Assembly: GCA_964016885.1 (NCBI GenBank)
Contig: OZ024741.1
Location: forward strand, 402,628,001 to 402,692,000
Length of the DNA stretch: 64,000 nt
Reading direction: 5' to 3'
Source of the DNA: Eledone cirrhosa
Lineage: Eukaryota
Part shown: positions 14,053 through 26,619 of the stretch, piece after piece
Layout: each line of letters begins with the position of its first letter
Position numbering within the stretch: position 1 is the first letter of the stretch
Notes under the pieces: model-generated
The model's database searches: none
Told to the model about the DNA's origin: nothing
Seen by the model: only the letters and a program-made list of their open reading frames with translations
Made by a program: the position numbers and the translations under genes

Positions 14053-14905
14053 TCATCATCATCACTGTTTTACGTCTGTTCTTCCACGCTAGCATGGGTT
14101 AGACGGGTTGACCTGTTGTGGGCAGTGTCCGGTCGGCTGACCATGCCTTGCTTATACGGGAACTGATTCTGGCTTGATTTCTACAGCTGGATGCCCTTCC
14201 TAACACCAACCTCATACAGTGAGTGCTGGGTGCATTTTTTTGTGGCGCCTACACGTCCACTTTACTCTGTGAGCTGGGTGCTTTTTTGCCGTGGCACCTC
14301 CACGACCACTTTTTCAGTGGGAGGGGGTGGGGGCATATTGTCTATATGCTTCAGCTTCGGATTGTACCTGTTGGGGGTCGGGTCTTCTGTATTACTGCGT
14401 GATGCCAGAGGTCACGGTCGTGTGTCATCGCCTTTGAGAGGTGTAATTGGGTAAGGTCAGCTTTTATCACCTCATCCCAGGTTTTCTTGGGTCTCGCCAC
14501 TCCACGGTTTCCATCAACTTCTAGTGCTTTGCACCTTTTTATGCAGCTGTCATCCTTCATACGCATCACATATCCATAACAACACAACACAGCATTTGAT
14601 TCCTCTTATGCTCAGTCTCTCTCTCAATTCTTTTATGCTTTGTCGTTCGCGTATATTACTATTACACATCCATTGGAGCATGCAGGCTTCGTTTCTTTCT
14701 AATCTATGCAAGTCTTCCACAGACAGCGCCCAGGCCTCACTACCATGCAACATTGCTGTTCGTATACACGCATCATACAGTCTGCCTTTCATTTTGAGGG
14801 AAAAGCCTTTTGCAGCTAGCAGTGGCAGTAGCTCCCTGAACTTCTTCCATCCCGTTGTTCCCTAGTTATTGTACTTTCTGAACACCCACCTCCGCTGCTA
14901 ATTCA
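14053..14905 (-). mobile_element. RTE-clade LINE 3' fragment
   Basis: KGRLYDACIRTAMLHGSEAW and YGYVMRM…RPKKTWDEVI are typical RTE C-terminal motifs. The 3' UTR ends in (GAT)n. Confidence 0.85.
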
Positions 14906-15016
14906 GTCCATATATATATATATGTGTATGTAAAAGGTAAACAGAAATAACAACACAATCGGTACAGTATATGGAAAGGATATATTAGGTTAACGCTTGA
15001 TAAAGCAGGAAGAGGG

Positions 15017-15052
15017 TCTTAACATTTCAGACGCTAGTCCTTCATCAGAAGA
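15017..15052 (-). ncRNA. Minimal PLE-type hammerhead ribozyme, CpG-decayed
   Basis: Minus strand reads tctt-CTGATGA-a-ggac-tagc-gtct-GAAA-tg-TT-aaga. It matches the minimal ctgatgaagg…ccgaaacgtt pattern and lies near (TA)n at 14910. Confidence 0.7.
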
Positions 15053-15125
15053 AAGAATGAGAAATAAAATAGATTGAGGGGACAGGCAGGTTGGAATTGG
15101 AAAAAATGTCTTTAGATAAAAATAA

Positions 15126-15479
15126 CAGGTCCATTCATGTTGACATTTGCAGGAGTTATGTTCCTAGAGCATCCACGAAGAGTGAAAAACCGCGAATATT
15201 GCACATTGTCCACAAAAATGCTTATAAACTTCAAAATATAATAAATGAGAGGGAGCATCTTATGTGAAGGCGCATTCAATAGGTTGGCAAATACGCTATA
15301 CTGTTATTAATAATTTAACGTTAAAAGAATATATATTGCCACAAAATAAGCCATAAAAAAATCACAGAAGATATTTACGATTCCGTGAATATGCAGTGGT
15401 TTCTGCAAAAAATTATTAGTTAGGTTCTAAGGAAAATTCCGTGAATAACCAGTACCGCAAATGCCGGGGTACACTGTAT
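15126..15479. mobile_element. Possible Tigger/Tc1-mariner MITE, degraded
   Basis: The right end ccgcaaatgccggggtacactg-TA partly mirrors the left end cag…gacatttgcagg. Internal ccgcgaata/ccgtgaata motifs are present. Confidence 0.4.
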
Positions 15480-16304
15480 ATATATATTAATTAAAAATGA
15501 CTGCTGCTAATTCTATTAAAATAAATTACCGTTTTAGTATAATTGTAGACATAAAGTTTTAGCTAAGTAATTCTCATTTGAGAACATTCTATGCCTTTCC
15601 AAAGATCCTTAATTATGCATTTATATTAATGGATTCAAGTAGATTTAGATATACTTATGAATTTTGTGGACTGCGAATTAAAATTCTAGGATGTACAACA
15701 TTAAAATATTAAAGTAAAGAACAAAGGAGCAGATTAATTGACCCCCCCCCCCCCATATTACTGACAATTAAGCTGTGATGAGATCACACCACAAGTATTT
15801 GCTGATCCAACTTTATCAAGGATCAGATTCTTGTAAAAGATGCACAAAAAAAGCAATTAAATTATCGTATTTGATGGTTTATAAGACAATAAAAAAAAAT
15901 TAAAAAATTCCAGGTAATCACGCTGCATCTTGTAAGATTAAGGCTTAGTTTGGGTTACTAGCTAGTGGAGTTCTAGTGCTGCACTGGCCCTTAAATTAAA
16001 CCACAAATGTAAAGGAGATGGCAATGACGTCTACACAAACAATGGCAACTTTAATAAATTTTATGATGAATAAAATAAATTTAATTTTACTTTCTTGCAT
16101 TTTAAAATTTACTAAATATTTCAATAAAAAATGCGATGTAGAGACTGAACAGTTTGAAATATGCAGAATTGTGTCTCAGAACTAAAATGTTCAGCTGCTT
16201 TGGTATCAAAATTGTCTTCAGGCAGTGGATTTGTCTTTAATGCTTGTTCTACAAATTGAAGCAAAGAAATATAATGCCTGTCTATAAGATAATAACCAAA
16301 AATA

Positions 16305-16825
16305 TCAGCTCCCAGTTCACACATTAAAGTGGTCACTTTAGTGCCATGATAAAAAGCACCCAGTCCACACTGTAAAGTGGTTGTGTAGGTGTCATGACAA
16401 AAAGCGCCCAGTCCAAACTGTAAAGTGGTCATTTTGGTGCCACAATAAAAAGCGCTCAAACCATACTGTAAAGTGGTCATTATGGTACCATGATAAAAAG
16501 CAGCCAGTACATATTGTAAAGTGGTCATTATGGTGCCACAATAAAAAGCACCCTCTCCACACTGTAAAGTGGTCATTACAGTGCCATGGCAAAAAGCATC
16601 TTGTCCTCACTGTAAAGTGGTCGTTTTGGTGCTATGAGAAAAAGCACCCAGTCCACACTGTAAATGTAATTGGTGTTAGGAAGGGCATCCCACTAGAAAC
16701 CAAGCCAGAAACAGTTTTGTATGAACAAGTTATGGTCATCTGGTCTGGCGTGTTTCAATGGAACAACTCATCGAATCCATGCTAGCATGGAAAAAATGGA
16801 TGTAAAATGGTGATGATGATGATCA
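16305..16825 (+). mobile_element. RTE 3' UTR with about 7 copies of its ~50-bp internal repeat
   Basis: Repeated aaaaagcacccagtccacactgtaaagtggtc, then ttaggaagggcatcc…catgctagcatgg…(gat)n. Confidence 0.8.
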
Positions 16826-17071
16826 GTGATGAAGAAGAAGTCTTTTATAAAAAAATATTTAGAAACAAGACAACAAAGCTCAAAGAATATCTCTAGGAAA
16901 TATAATTAATTAGCAAAGATAGTTCTTGTGTCATTGATAGACAACTAATTAAAAAAATGTATCTTAGAAATAATTAGGAAAGATATTAAATTTCAAACAT
17001 CTGTTTAATAAACATTCTAAACAAGTTGGCATTAACAGACTTTTTAGTAGCTGCCATAAAGTGGTTGGCAT

Positions 17072-17311
17072 TTAACCCTTTCATTACCAATTTGGCAAAA
17101 ACTGACTTTGGTTCTATGAAATAAAGTCCCCCATTTTGAAGTTTTTCAATTTATATTAAAATCTTCCAACATAATGTTATATAAGAACCTTACATTAAGC
17201 TTCTATCTTAGTAATGAAATAATTAATAATTTTGATAAATCCCTCAAAATTCTTTATTAATTAATTGAAATAGAGCGTATTTCATTAGAAATATGGCCAT
17301 GAAAGGGTTAA
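17072..17311. mobile_element. piggyBac-like TTAA MITE; its right ~160 bp is repeated twice more, to about 17625
   Basis: TTAA-ccctttcat at the left end and atgaaaggg-TTAA at the right end. Confidence 0.7.
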
Positions 17312-18039
17312 AGTATTCCTATTTAAATTAAAATCTTCTAGCCTAATTTTATATAGGAACCTTACATTAAGTAATGAAATGATTAATAATTTTAATAAAT
17401 CCCTTAAAATTCTTTATTAATTAATTGAAATAGAGCGTATTTCATCAGAAATATGGCCATGGAAGGATTAAAGTATTCCTATTTATATTAAATCTTCCAA
17501 CATAATTCTATATAAGAACCTTACATGAAGTTACCATCTTAGTAATGAAATAATTAATACTTTTAATAAATCCCTCAAAGTTCTTCATTAATTAATTGAA
17601 ATAGAGTGTATTTCATTAGAAATAGGAAGGGCATCCAGCTGTAGAAACCATGTTAAAAATGGTAGAAAGGATTCTTTAGACATGTCAAAGGACATAACAA
17701 CCTCTGTAGTGCTGGTGCCATGACAAAATGCTCCCAGTACGCTCTGTAAATTGTTTAGAAAGGGCAGCTAGCTACAGAAACCTTAGTTATGTCAAGGACA
17801 TGCCAACCTCTCTAGTGCTTGTGCCATGATAAAAAGGCACCCAGTATGCTCTGTGAAGTTATTGGAAGTGCAGAAACTATGCCAAAAAATGTATTAAGGA
17901 AAATGGGTTATGATGAGGATTATGGTGATGATGATGATGATAATGGTTATGACAGTGATGGTGATGATGATGATGATGATGATGATGACTTTGATGATGA
18001 GAGATGTTGTTTCAAGTTACATCTGAGAAAATTGATGAA

Positions 18040-20000
18040 TTTTTGCAGTTTCTTGTAATTGAGAAAATTGTTTAATGGTTGACTCAACTGATGCTTCATA
18101 ATAGTTTTTTGAATCTTCTCAAAGTCTGTTTTCTCTTCAATTCAAAGATTGGTCATGCAAATTTTAATGTTTGAGGAAATATTCAATTTTATTTCGACAT
18201 CTCCTTGAAAATGTTTGGTTTGATTTCAATGGCTTTTATTAAAGTTAACCACAAGTGTTTGTTCCAGCTTCCTGTGAATTAGTCTTCAAAACAGATGTGA
18301 AGAGAAACCTTCAAAAATAAAAAAATGAAAATATTAATTTACAAACATCAGATAATTCCGTACAAGTTAATTTTTTATTCATCAAAAGCAAATGAATTTT
18401 ACCCCATGACTCAACATGATTAAGCCTACAAACTGTGTTGTACTTAAGTTGGCCTGTGTACACGAATTTCATCTCATTAATTGCCAATATTCTGTGTTCC
18501 AAGAATGAACAGATATAAAATTAACTACCTTAGATGGAATTTTAATCCCATCTTCAAGTTCCTTAATGTCAGCTATTCTACACAAGCTCTTCTCATGTAT
18601 AATGCAATAGAAAGTTACTAGTGGATACCTAACATATTTTACAAACAATTTACAAAACCTGCTTTTTCTACCAGTTATACTGGGTGTATAAGCAGTTGTC
18701 ATATAAACTATTTTTGTCACTTTGTTGATTAAACAATTTGCTTCTCTACTGATTACATATTCCAGTCTCTGTAGTTTGTTCAGGTAACATTACCAAGGTA
18801 ACTGGTTCTTCACATGTTTCACTAAAAAGTCTGTCTCAAGCCTAGAAGCTCATCAGGTCAGTACTTATCCCAGTTTCCATGGTGTTAAGTGACTGAAAAT
18901 ATAATACTCCCCCTGGACAGGACGCTTGTCCGTTTTACATCCATTCTTCCACACAAGCATGGGTTAGACAGGTTGTCCTGTTGTGGGCAGTGCTCGGTCG
19001 GCTGACCTTGTCTTGCTCATATGGGAACTGATTCTGGCTTGATTTCTACAGCTGGATGCCCTTCCTAACACCAACCTCATTTACGGTGAGTGCTGGGTTC
19101 TCTTTTTGCCGTGGCACCTCCACGACCACTTTGCAGTGGGAGGGGTGGGGGCATATTGTCTATATGCTTCAGCTTCGGCTTGTACCCATGGGAAGTCGGG
19201 TCTTCTGTATTACTGCTTGACGCCAGAGGTCATGGTCCTGCATCATCGCCTTTGAAAGGTGCAATTATCGCAGGTTAAAACCCCCAGCTATTACTGGTAC
19301 TCATTTTCAGCTTAGAATACCAGAGCAACAGGAAATGAAGTGTTTTGCTCCAGAACACAAGGCACAACCCAGTCCAATATTGAACCCACAATATTATGAT
19401 CGTAAGTTCAACACACTTACCACTAAGCCACACTCCTCTACATATATTTCGCTACCTCTACAAAATCAAGCAATAATGTCTGACCTAGCAGATGATCTAA
19501 CGATAGTGTTCTCATCTAAACCAGAAACAGTTCATGTAAACTAACATATTTGTTGTTCGCTGTTCTGTTATGTTTGTTTTTCAACTTTAACCCTCCTTTT
19601 TTTTATTGTATTTCCATTCATTAATGCACTAAATAATTTCTTTTTTTCTATAAAACCATCAAAAAGGAAAACAGCACATTCTAACTATGGTTTAAAAAAA
19701 TATATATATATATACTCTTCATCACTGAGTTTTTTCACATTCCTGCCAAGAAATAAGCTTTGAAATTTCCAAACTGGAATCAACTATGCAGGAACTGCCT
19801 GAAACAAATTTCACAAAAAAAACATTTGAATCAATGTTTTTATTGTGGTTTTCTAAAGAAATGTGTTCCTTTGTTGTTGCTCATTTTTAACATAAAGCTC
19901 TCTGACTGCCATCAAGTGATTGCATATAATGGAACAGCTCCCATTAAGTAAGAGAGGAATATGTGGAGATGGGAAAGAAATATTTAATGATATTGTTTCT
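18040..20000 (-). pseudogene. Decayed hAT (Charlie/GTF2IRD2-like) transposase, interrupted by SINE and RTE insertions
   Basis: TTAYTPSITGRKSRF…FYCIIHEKSLC…KVVNFI…YTGQLKYNTV matches the hAT motifs TTDGAPSM.G, HCIIHQE.LC and RWLS region. Further degraded pieces lie at 18040-18300 and 19700-20000. Many stops and frameshifts. Confidence 0.7.
18845..19440 (-). mobile_element. tRNA/CORE-like SINE family 2 with a nested RTE 3' fragment (about 18935-19265)
   Basis: The minus-strand head reads gtggcttagtggtaagtgtg…gggttcaat. The body ccccctggacaggacgcttgtccgt|cgcaggtt is split by sequence nearly identical to 14070-14440. Confidence 0.7.
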
Positions 20001-20122
20001 AGTTTTCCTGACTTTAGCCAAAGATGAATATATCCACAAACATGACAAACTTGGTGCCTCTGCACTGGAAGTTATCTCAGTATTGTAAGATCTAAACAAA
20101 AATGAGGGAATTCAGGTTTATT

Positions 20123-20848
20123 TACTCTCGAGTCCCAAATAACAGGGGTGGTGGTGGAATAAGTGGGGATGGGGTGGAATAAGCAGGGAGTGGGTGGGGT
20201 TGGAGTAAGCAGGGAGTGGGTGGGGTGGAGTTTGAATAAACAGGGGGTGGGGTAGGGTTTGAATAAGCAGGGGTGGTGTAGGGTTTGAATAAACAGGGGT
20301 GGTGTGGGTTGGAATAAGCAGGGGGTGGGGTAGGGGTGGGCAGGGTGGCGTGGGGTTGGAATAAGCAGGGGGTGGTGTGGGGTTGGAATAAGCAGGGAGT
20401 GGGGTAGGGTTGAAATAAGTAGGGGTGGGCAGGGCTGGAATAAGTGGGTGGTGTGGGGTTGGAATAAGCAGGGGTGTTGTGAGGTTGGAATAAGCAGGAG
20501 TGGAAAATCATTAATTTTTCTAGGTTGTCTCTGTTGATTTTTTTAAAAACCAGAATTAGTCGTTTAGTTTGCATATTGAGACCCCAACCCATCCTATTTA
20601 TTTTATAACCTATGGGATTTCTAGTAATGTACTTTTTTTAGTCATGTATAATGTGTTTTAATGTAATAAAAAAATTGTCACAGGAATGCTACCACTTAAA
20701 ATAACATTTCACTGGAGATAGATTAGTAAAATTTAATAAGGGGTGGGTGGGGTGGGGGAATAAGAGCTTAGGGTGGGGTGGAAGGCTGGAAAAATCTGAA
20801 AAATTAATAAGTTGGGGGGGGGGGGGGATTATTCGAGGCCTGAAAGTT
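20123..20848. mobile_element. MITE-like element with an expanded G-rich ~28-bp internal repeat
   Basis: Degenerate terminal inverted repeats tactctcgagtcccaaataa / ttattcgaggcctgaaagt. About 12 copies of ggaataagcagggg(tg)gggtt at 20155-20500. Confidence 0.55.
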
Positions 20849-21230
20849 CACTGGAAGTTATGTAAGATTTATAAAATGTAAACAAAAATGATAGAGTTGG
20901 TATTTACATTCACTGGAAGTTATACCAAACTACGAAATACCCTGCCACCCCCACCTACCCCTAAAAACAGACATACACAGAAAAGACTTCACAGACCAAC
21001 AAAGCAACCATTCTCTGGGAAATATCAATACTATACACAGACAGGGAAATCAAAGTTACTGGACCAACTACTACTGTTAAAGACCATCAGAAAAAGAAAT
21101 GCCTGCTAATCAAATATCAATCTTAACAGATGATAATATATCTCACAAAGGCATGGAGAAACTATCGAAATATAAAGATATAGCAATAGAGATAACTCAA
21201 ATTTAGGTGCTTATAACAGAAAGGATCACT

Positions 21231-21640
21231 TTAACCCTTTAGCATTTACATTACTCTATATATACTATTGCATTTTCATGGTAAAGGCTTTATCTTTCAG
21301 AATTATCTCACATAATATCGAATCTATGAGATTTTGATATTATTTATTTTGAGACGGGCAGTGGATTGTCAGTATCAGTAGCGGGTCGGACACCATGCTT
21401 TGCAGCAAAGAGTTACACCGAGGTTAACTTTGCCTTTCATCCTTACGGGGTCGATAAAATAAAGTACCAGTAATACACTGGAATAATTGCTGGCCTTGTG
21501 CAAAAGTAAAAACAATTATTTATTTTGAGAACAATACCTTAGCATCAGTATGAGTGGCCAGTTACAACTGGGTTGAACAGAAAGAGGTGAGATAATTCTG
21601 CCAGGATACGGCGGGTTTAAATGTTTTGTGAATGGTAAAT
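21231..21640. mobile_element. TTAA MITE (homologous to 40846-41079) interrupted by a family-1 SINE (21356-21520)
   Basis: Starts ttaaccctttagcatttacattactctatatatactattg. The SINE is flanked by a 15-bp duplication, ttatttattttgaga, at 21340-21354 and 21516-21530. Confidence 0.75.
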
Positions 21641-21714
21641 CAAAAATGTAGATAAATTGATAACCAAAACCCCAGGACTTACAATTATGCACAACATATA
21701 AAGTTATTAACATC

Positions 21715-21970
21715 CAGAGTGACACAGAGGAGACTGAGGTTAGCTGGACCTGCTCACCGACATCCAGAGTTGACACTGCACTCAGTGCTCCTGTGGGAGC
21801 CCCCGCATGGACACACTGGAAGAGGGAGACCGAGGTTAACATATGCTGATGCCTTAAGGACAGACACTGGTCTGTTGGAGACGCAGGACATGGCAGCGAT
21901 AATGAGGGACAGAGACCGCTGGGGAGAACTCGTCCATGGATCTCGGGAATTTTACTTGCCCTAGATATCA
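21715..21970 (+). mobile_element. RTE-like LINE 3' coding fragment
   Basis: QRRLRLAG…RH…LLWEPPHG…RGRPRLTY…DRDRW. Confidence 0.7.
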
Positions 21971-22145
21971 TCCAAATTGTAATTGGGACAATGGCTAAAA
22001 GCTAGAGTAGTTAGTTGAATATGATGGATATAGGGTTGGATTTCCTGACTCTGCAGAAGATTTGTTTAATTAAGACAGCAAGAACCACGTGAAAGTTGTG
22101 AGATACCTACAGCTGCAGAAGACATCTTCATAGCTAACAATCCAA

Positions 22146-23449
22146 ATAATAATAATAATAATGATTTCTACTATAGGCACAAGGCCAGTAATTTGAAAGT
22201 CGATTAAATTGACCCCAGTACATTACTGGTACTTTATTTTATCGACTCCGTAAGGATGAAACACAAAGTTAACCTCGGCGGGATTTGAACTCAGTCCGTA
22301 AAGAGACGTAACTCTATGCTGCAAAGCATGGCGTCCGACCCTCTACCGCTACTGCCAATCCACCGCCATTGATAATAATAATAATGATTTCATTTATTGG
22401 CCACAAGGGTCAACATGTAGGGGACAATACAAAGACAGGGACAGTGGGGGTTTACAATAAGGTTAAGTAAAGGTGCACAATGGCAAGACTAATTTAACAA
22501 TGAAGATATAAAAAATATAAAATAAACTATGCTAAAAAATAAAATAATAATAATAATTGTTTCTACTTTAGGCAGAAGGCCAGCAATTATCCCAGTGTAT
22601 TACTGGTACTTTATTTTATCGACCCCGTAAGGATGAAAGGCAAAGTTAACCTCGACGGGATTTGAACTCAGACCATAAAGAGATATAATGACTTCATTTA
22701 TTGGCCACAAAGGCTGACATGTAGGGGACATAATGCTTTCTAATTTAGGCACAAGGCCGGCAATTTTTGGGGAGAGGAAAGTCGATTAAATTGACCCCAG
22801 TGCGTTACTGGTACTTTATTTTATCAACTCTGCAAGGATGAAAGGCAAAGCTAAGCTCAGCAGGATTTGAACTCAGAATGCAAAGGGCCGTAACTCTATG
22901 CCACAAATAATGATATTATTGGTTTCTGATTTAGGCACAAGGCTGCTGTGCTAACATCAACTGGTGACCTTCTCAGGAAGTTTCTCTCCATATATACATG
23001 CCTTAGGTCTCTGGTTCACACCTGGCCAGAAGATCAAATAAAATGGAAATATGACAAAAAAAATTATTCATCATCATCATCATTATTTAAATTGCTGACC
23101 TTGTGCCTATAGTAGAAGAAATCAGGTGGATTGGCAGTATCAGTAGAGTATTGGACACAATGCTCTGCAGCATAGAGTTACGGCCCTTTATGGTCTGAGT
23201 TCAAATCCCGCCAAGGTTAACTTTGCGTTTCATCCTTGCAGGGTTGATAAAATAAAGTACCAGTAATGCACTGGGGTAATTGCTGGCCTTGTACCAAAAG
23301 TATAAATATTATTATTATTATTGTTGTTATTTTCTTTCAACCCCGCCGAGGTTAACTTTGCCTTTCATCCTTACAGGGTCGATAAAATAAAGTACCAGTA
23401 ATGCACTGGGAAAATTGCTGGCCTTGTGCCAAAAGAAGAAACAATTATT
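22146..23449. mobile_element. Cluster of family-1 tRNA-SINEs (best copy 22146-22368, minus) and Tx1 3' tips (22375-22545 and 22688-22730, minus)
   Basis: SINE head ggcggtggattggcagtagcgg, B-box gagttcaaatccc, tail ggccttgtgcctatagtagaaatc(att)n. The Tx1 tips read cccttgtggccaataaatgaaatc(att)n. Confidence 0.8.
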
Positions 23450-26400
23450 GTTTCTGAGATATATGCCGAGTATCTTCCTGACACCTAGGGCAAATAAATT
23501 CACAGTGTGCATTGGTAAGCCAGTTAATACAGCACATTGATTATAATTTAAAAAAAAACAAAAAAAAAACAGTATACATATATACACATGTGCATATGCA
23601 TATGTAAATACAAGGAGGGATATCAATCTTACAGAGATAGTGCTCTTGTCAATACGTGTGCAGTACCAGTCAAAACAATTTTTTGCACCTCGTGCAGAGA
23701 GGGTAAACCAGGAATCATTCGCAAATATTGTTCTGTTCCTTTCTTGATCATTCCCAGTCCTCCCACAATCACTGGTATTGTAACGGCCTTGAGGTGCCAC
23801 ATTTTCTCAATTTCAATAAGCAGATCTTTATATTTTCGTAGCTTGTCAAACTCTTTTGCCGCGATATTGTGATCACATGGGATGCTCATATCTATCAACA
23901 AACAGACCTTGTTATGTTGATCTTTTATAATGATGTCAGGTATATTTGCTTTTATGGTCCTGTCAGTATGTACAGGAAAGTCCCAGAGAATTGTTACTTT
24001 TTCTCCTTCAGTTACAGCCTCAGGGTGATGGTTGTACCTCTTGTCTTCAGCTTTGATTTTGTAATGCCGACATATTGCCCAGTGTAGATATTGGCCAACT
24101 CTGTCATGTCTATATTTGTATTCTACTGGTGCTAAAACTTTACATCCAGAGACTAAGTGATCCACTGTTTCAACCCCAGCACTGCAGAATCGGCACTTTG
24201 GGTTTATTCTGTTTTTCATCACATTGACCTGGTAATTACGAGTCAATAAGCTTTGGTCTTGGGCAGCTAAGATGAAACCTTCACTCTCCGCCTTTAGCCC
24301 TGAACTACGTAGCCACTGATGGGTGTGCTTTTGGTCAACATCAGCTCGTTTGCTACGGGCCACATATTTGCCATGCAGAGGTTTCTGCTCCCAATTTGAT
24401 GCTAATTGTCCTTGCCCTTTTGCTTTTGCCAGTGATTTTATGTGCCTAGCAGCATCAGTTGCAGCAGTTTCGTTAGTCTGTCCAGCCTGGGTATCAAGCA
24501 TGAGATCAGTAGCATATTTTTTGCTCTCCTTCAAGATAAAATAAAGCTTCTTACTTCTCTCATGCTTTTCAACAAGTTTCAGCATACAGTCGTTAGTTGT
24601 TTCAAGGTATTTGGCCAGTCCAATGATGGTGGTCTTGTAAGCAAGTTCAAATTGGATCAGGCCCCGGCCTCCTTGAGTTCTAGGAAGGTAAAGATGATCC
24701 ACATCTGCTTTTGGGTGGTGCATCCTATTACAGGTCAGTAGCCTACGGACTTTGGTGTCAATTCTTTTGATTTCACTCATATTCCAGTTCAACACACCGA
24801 AGCTATAAGTGACAACTGGGACTGCCAAGGAATTTATGGCTGGCACCTTGTTACGAGCGTTTAGTTCTGATCTCAGAACTGCATGTACTCTCCTGTAATA
24901 TTCTTTCCTTATCCTCTCTTTCATACTTGCATGCTGTATGCCAGAGCCCTCATTAATCCATAAGTATTTATAGGTTTGTTCCTGCTCAAGTTCCTTTATG
25001 ATTGTTTCAGCATCCAATTCAACTGAGTCTGAGTTGACAAGCTTCCCCTTCTTGAAAGTGGCTTTTGCACACTTGTCAAGTCCAAACTCCATCCTTATGT
25101 CATCGCTAAAGGTTTTTACTGTCCACAAAAGGCTTTCCAGTTCGTCATTATTTTTGCAATATATCTTCAAATCATCCATATAAAATAGGTGGCTTATTTT
25201 TTTGTTGTCAACTCTATAACCGTACCCTGTTCTATTAAGCTCGGATGTAAGGAGTATTACAGCTATGCAGAAAAGCAAGGGTGAAAGTGAGTCCCCCTGG
25301 AATATACCACAGTTGATGTTTATATTCCTAGAGCACAGTACCCCAGTGGAATGAGACAATTGGAGATTTGTGTTCCATAATGACATATTGTGTTTCAGGA
25401 AGTTTGAGATCACAGGTGAGATTTTGAAGATGTCCAGTGATTTCAGAATCCATGAGTGTGGTATGCTGTCAAAGGCTTTGTTATAATCGATCCATGCAGA
25501 ACTGAGATTTCTGTGTTTATTATGACAGTTCTCAAGGATCATACGATTAATCAAAAGTTGATCTTTGCAACCATATGAACCTCGCCGGCACCCTTTTTGT
25601 TCAACGGGGAAAAGATTGTTCTCCTCCAAAAACTCGTATGCTTTTTCCATGAGAATAGAGGTTAATAGTTTATAAGTGGTGGACAAGCAGGTTATGGGCC
25701 GATAGTTTTTTTGATCTTTGGTTTCATTGTTCTTTGGTAGAAGGTAGGTAATGCCATTTGCTATCTAATCAGGTGTATTTTTTGGATCTTTCCTAATTCC
25801 ATTAAACAGCTTGACCAATATATTGTGAGTGTACGGGAGTGAGGAAAGCCAGAAATTTGGCACCTTGTCTCTACCAGGAGATTTCCATTTATGAGATTTA
25901 TTGAGTGCTGTCCTTAAGTCCGCTATAGAGATGTCTTCCCACGCCTGTTCTAAATTTGTGTAGGATTTTTCCAGGCGACTAATCCAATCTACATTAGTAT
26001 TATATGTCTTCTCACCACTCCAAATCTTACTCCAAAAGTTTTCAACTTCTTCTATGGACGCGGGGGGGGGGGGGGGGGGGGGTCTTCAATAATTATTTTT
26101 TTCTTCCCTACATCTCTATAAAATGACTTGGCATTGGATGAGAACAACTTATTTTGCCTGTAGAAGTTGTTTCGCTTCTCAAATCTACGAATTCATTGGG
26201 CTTTTACTTGGACTTTTTGTTTCAGAGATTCTTTTGTTGAAACTATTGCTTCTCTAGAAGACAGTCCATATTTTCTCTTTAGCTTTCTTACCTTCTTGGA
26301 TCTTATATCATTTCCAGCGGTTAACTCACTCAATAAAGATATTTCTCCTCTCATTACTTCAATCTCCTTTTCGATTCTACTCCTCCAAATTGGTTTACCT

Positions 26401-26615
26401 CGAAGGTTCGACTTTTTTGTTGTTTTGGAGGTAAACAACTTGTTTCAATTACTTTAGCAGATGCATAAATGATTTCATTTAACTCAGTAAGATCAGGTTC
26501 TAGTTCTTCTATGATTTCTTTTGTCACAGAATTACCAATCATTATTTGTTTTCTATTTTGGATTGTATTTGGGAATTTTTGAAGTGGTTCTCTATCATTT
26601 ATACTAGAATGTCTT
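23450..26615 (-). mobile_element. R4/Dong-like non-LTR retrotransposon, copy 1 (RT, CCHC finger, restriction-like endonuclease), 5'-truncated
   Basis: ORF 23629-25686 has GIFQGDSLSP, LFYMDDLK, CRFC…ETVDHLVSGC and PDII…LIDMSIP…K..KY. The upstream part is broken by stops and frameshifts. Confidence 0.9.
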
Positions 26616-26619
26616 ATTA

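Noticed and set aside
16121-16290. Possible host terminal exon DRHYISLLQFVEQALKTNP… on the minus strand
   Set aside because: No recognisable homology or partner exons. It may be decayed transposase sequence and cannot be supported without a search.
23629-25686. Active autonomous LINE or domesticated gene (685-aa ORF)
   Set aside because: The upstream part of the RT has a frameshift and stop near 25700-25770, and the element is 5'-truncated.
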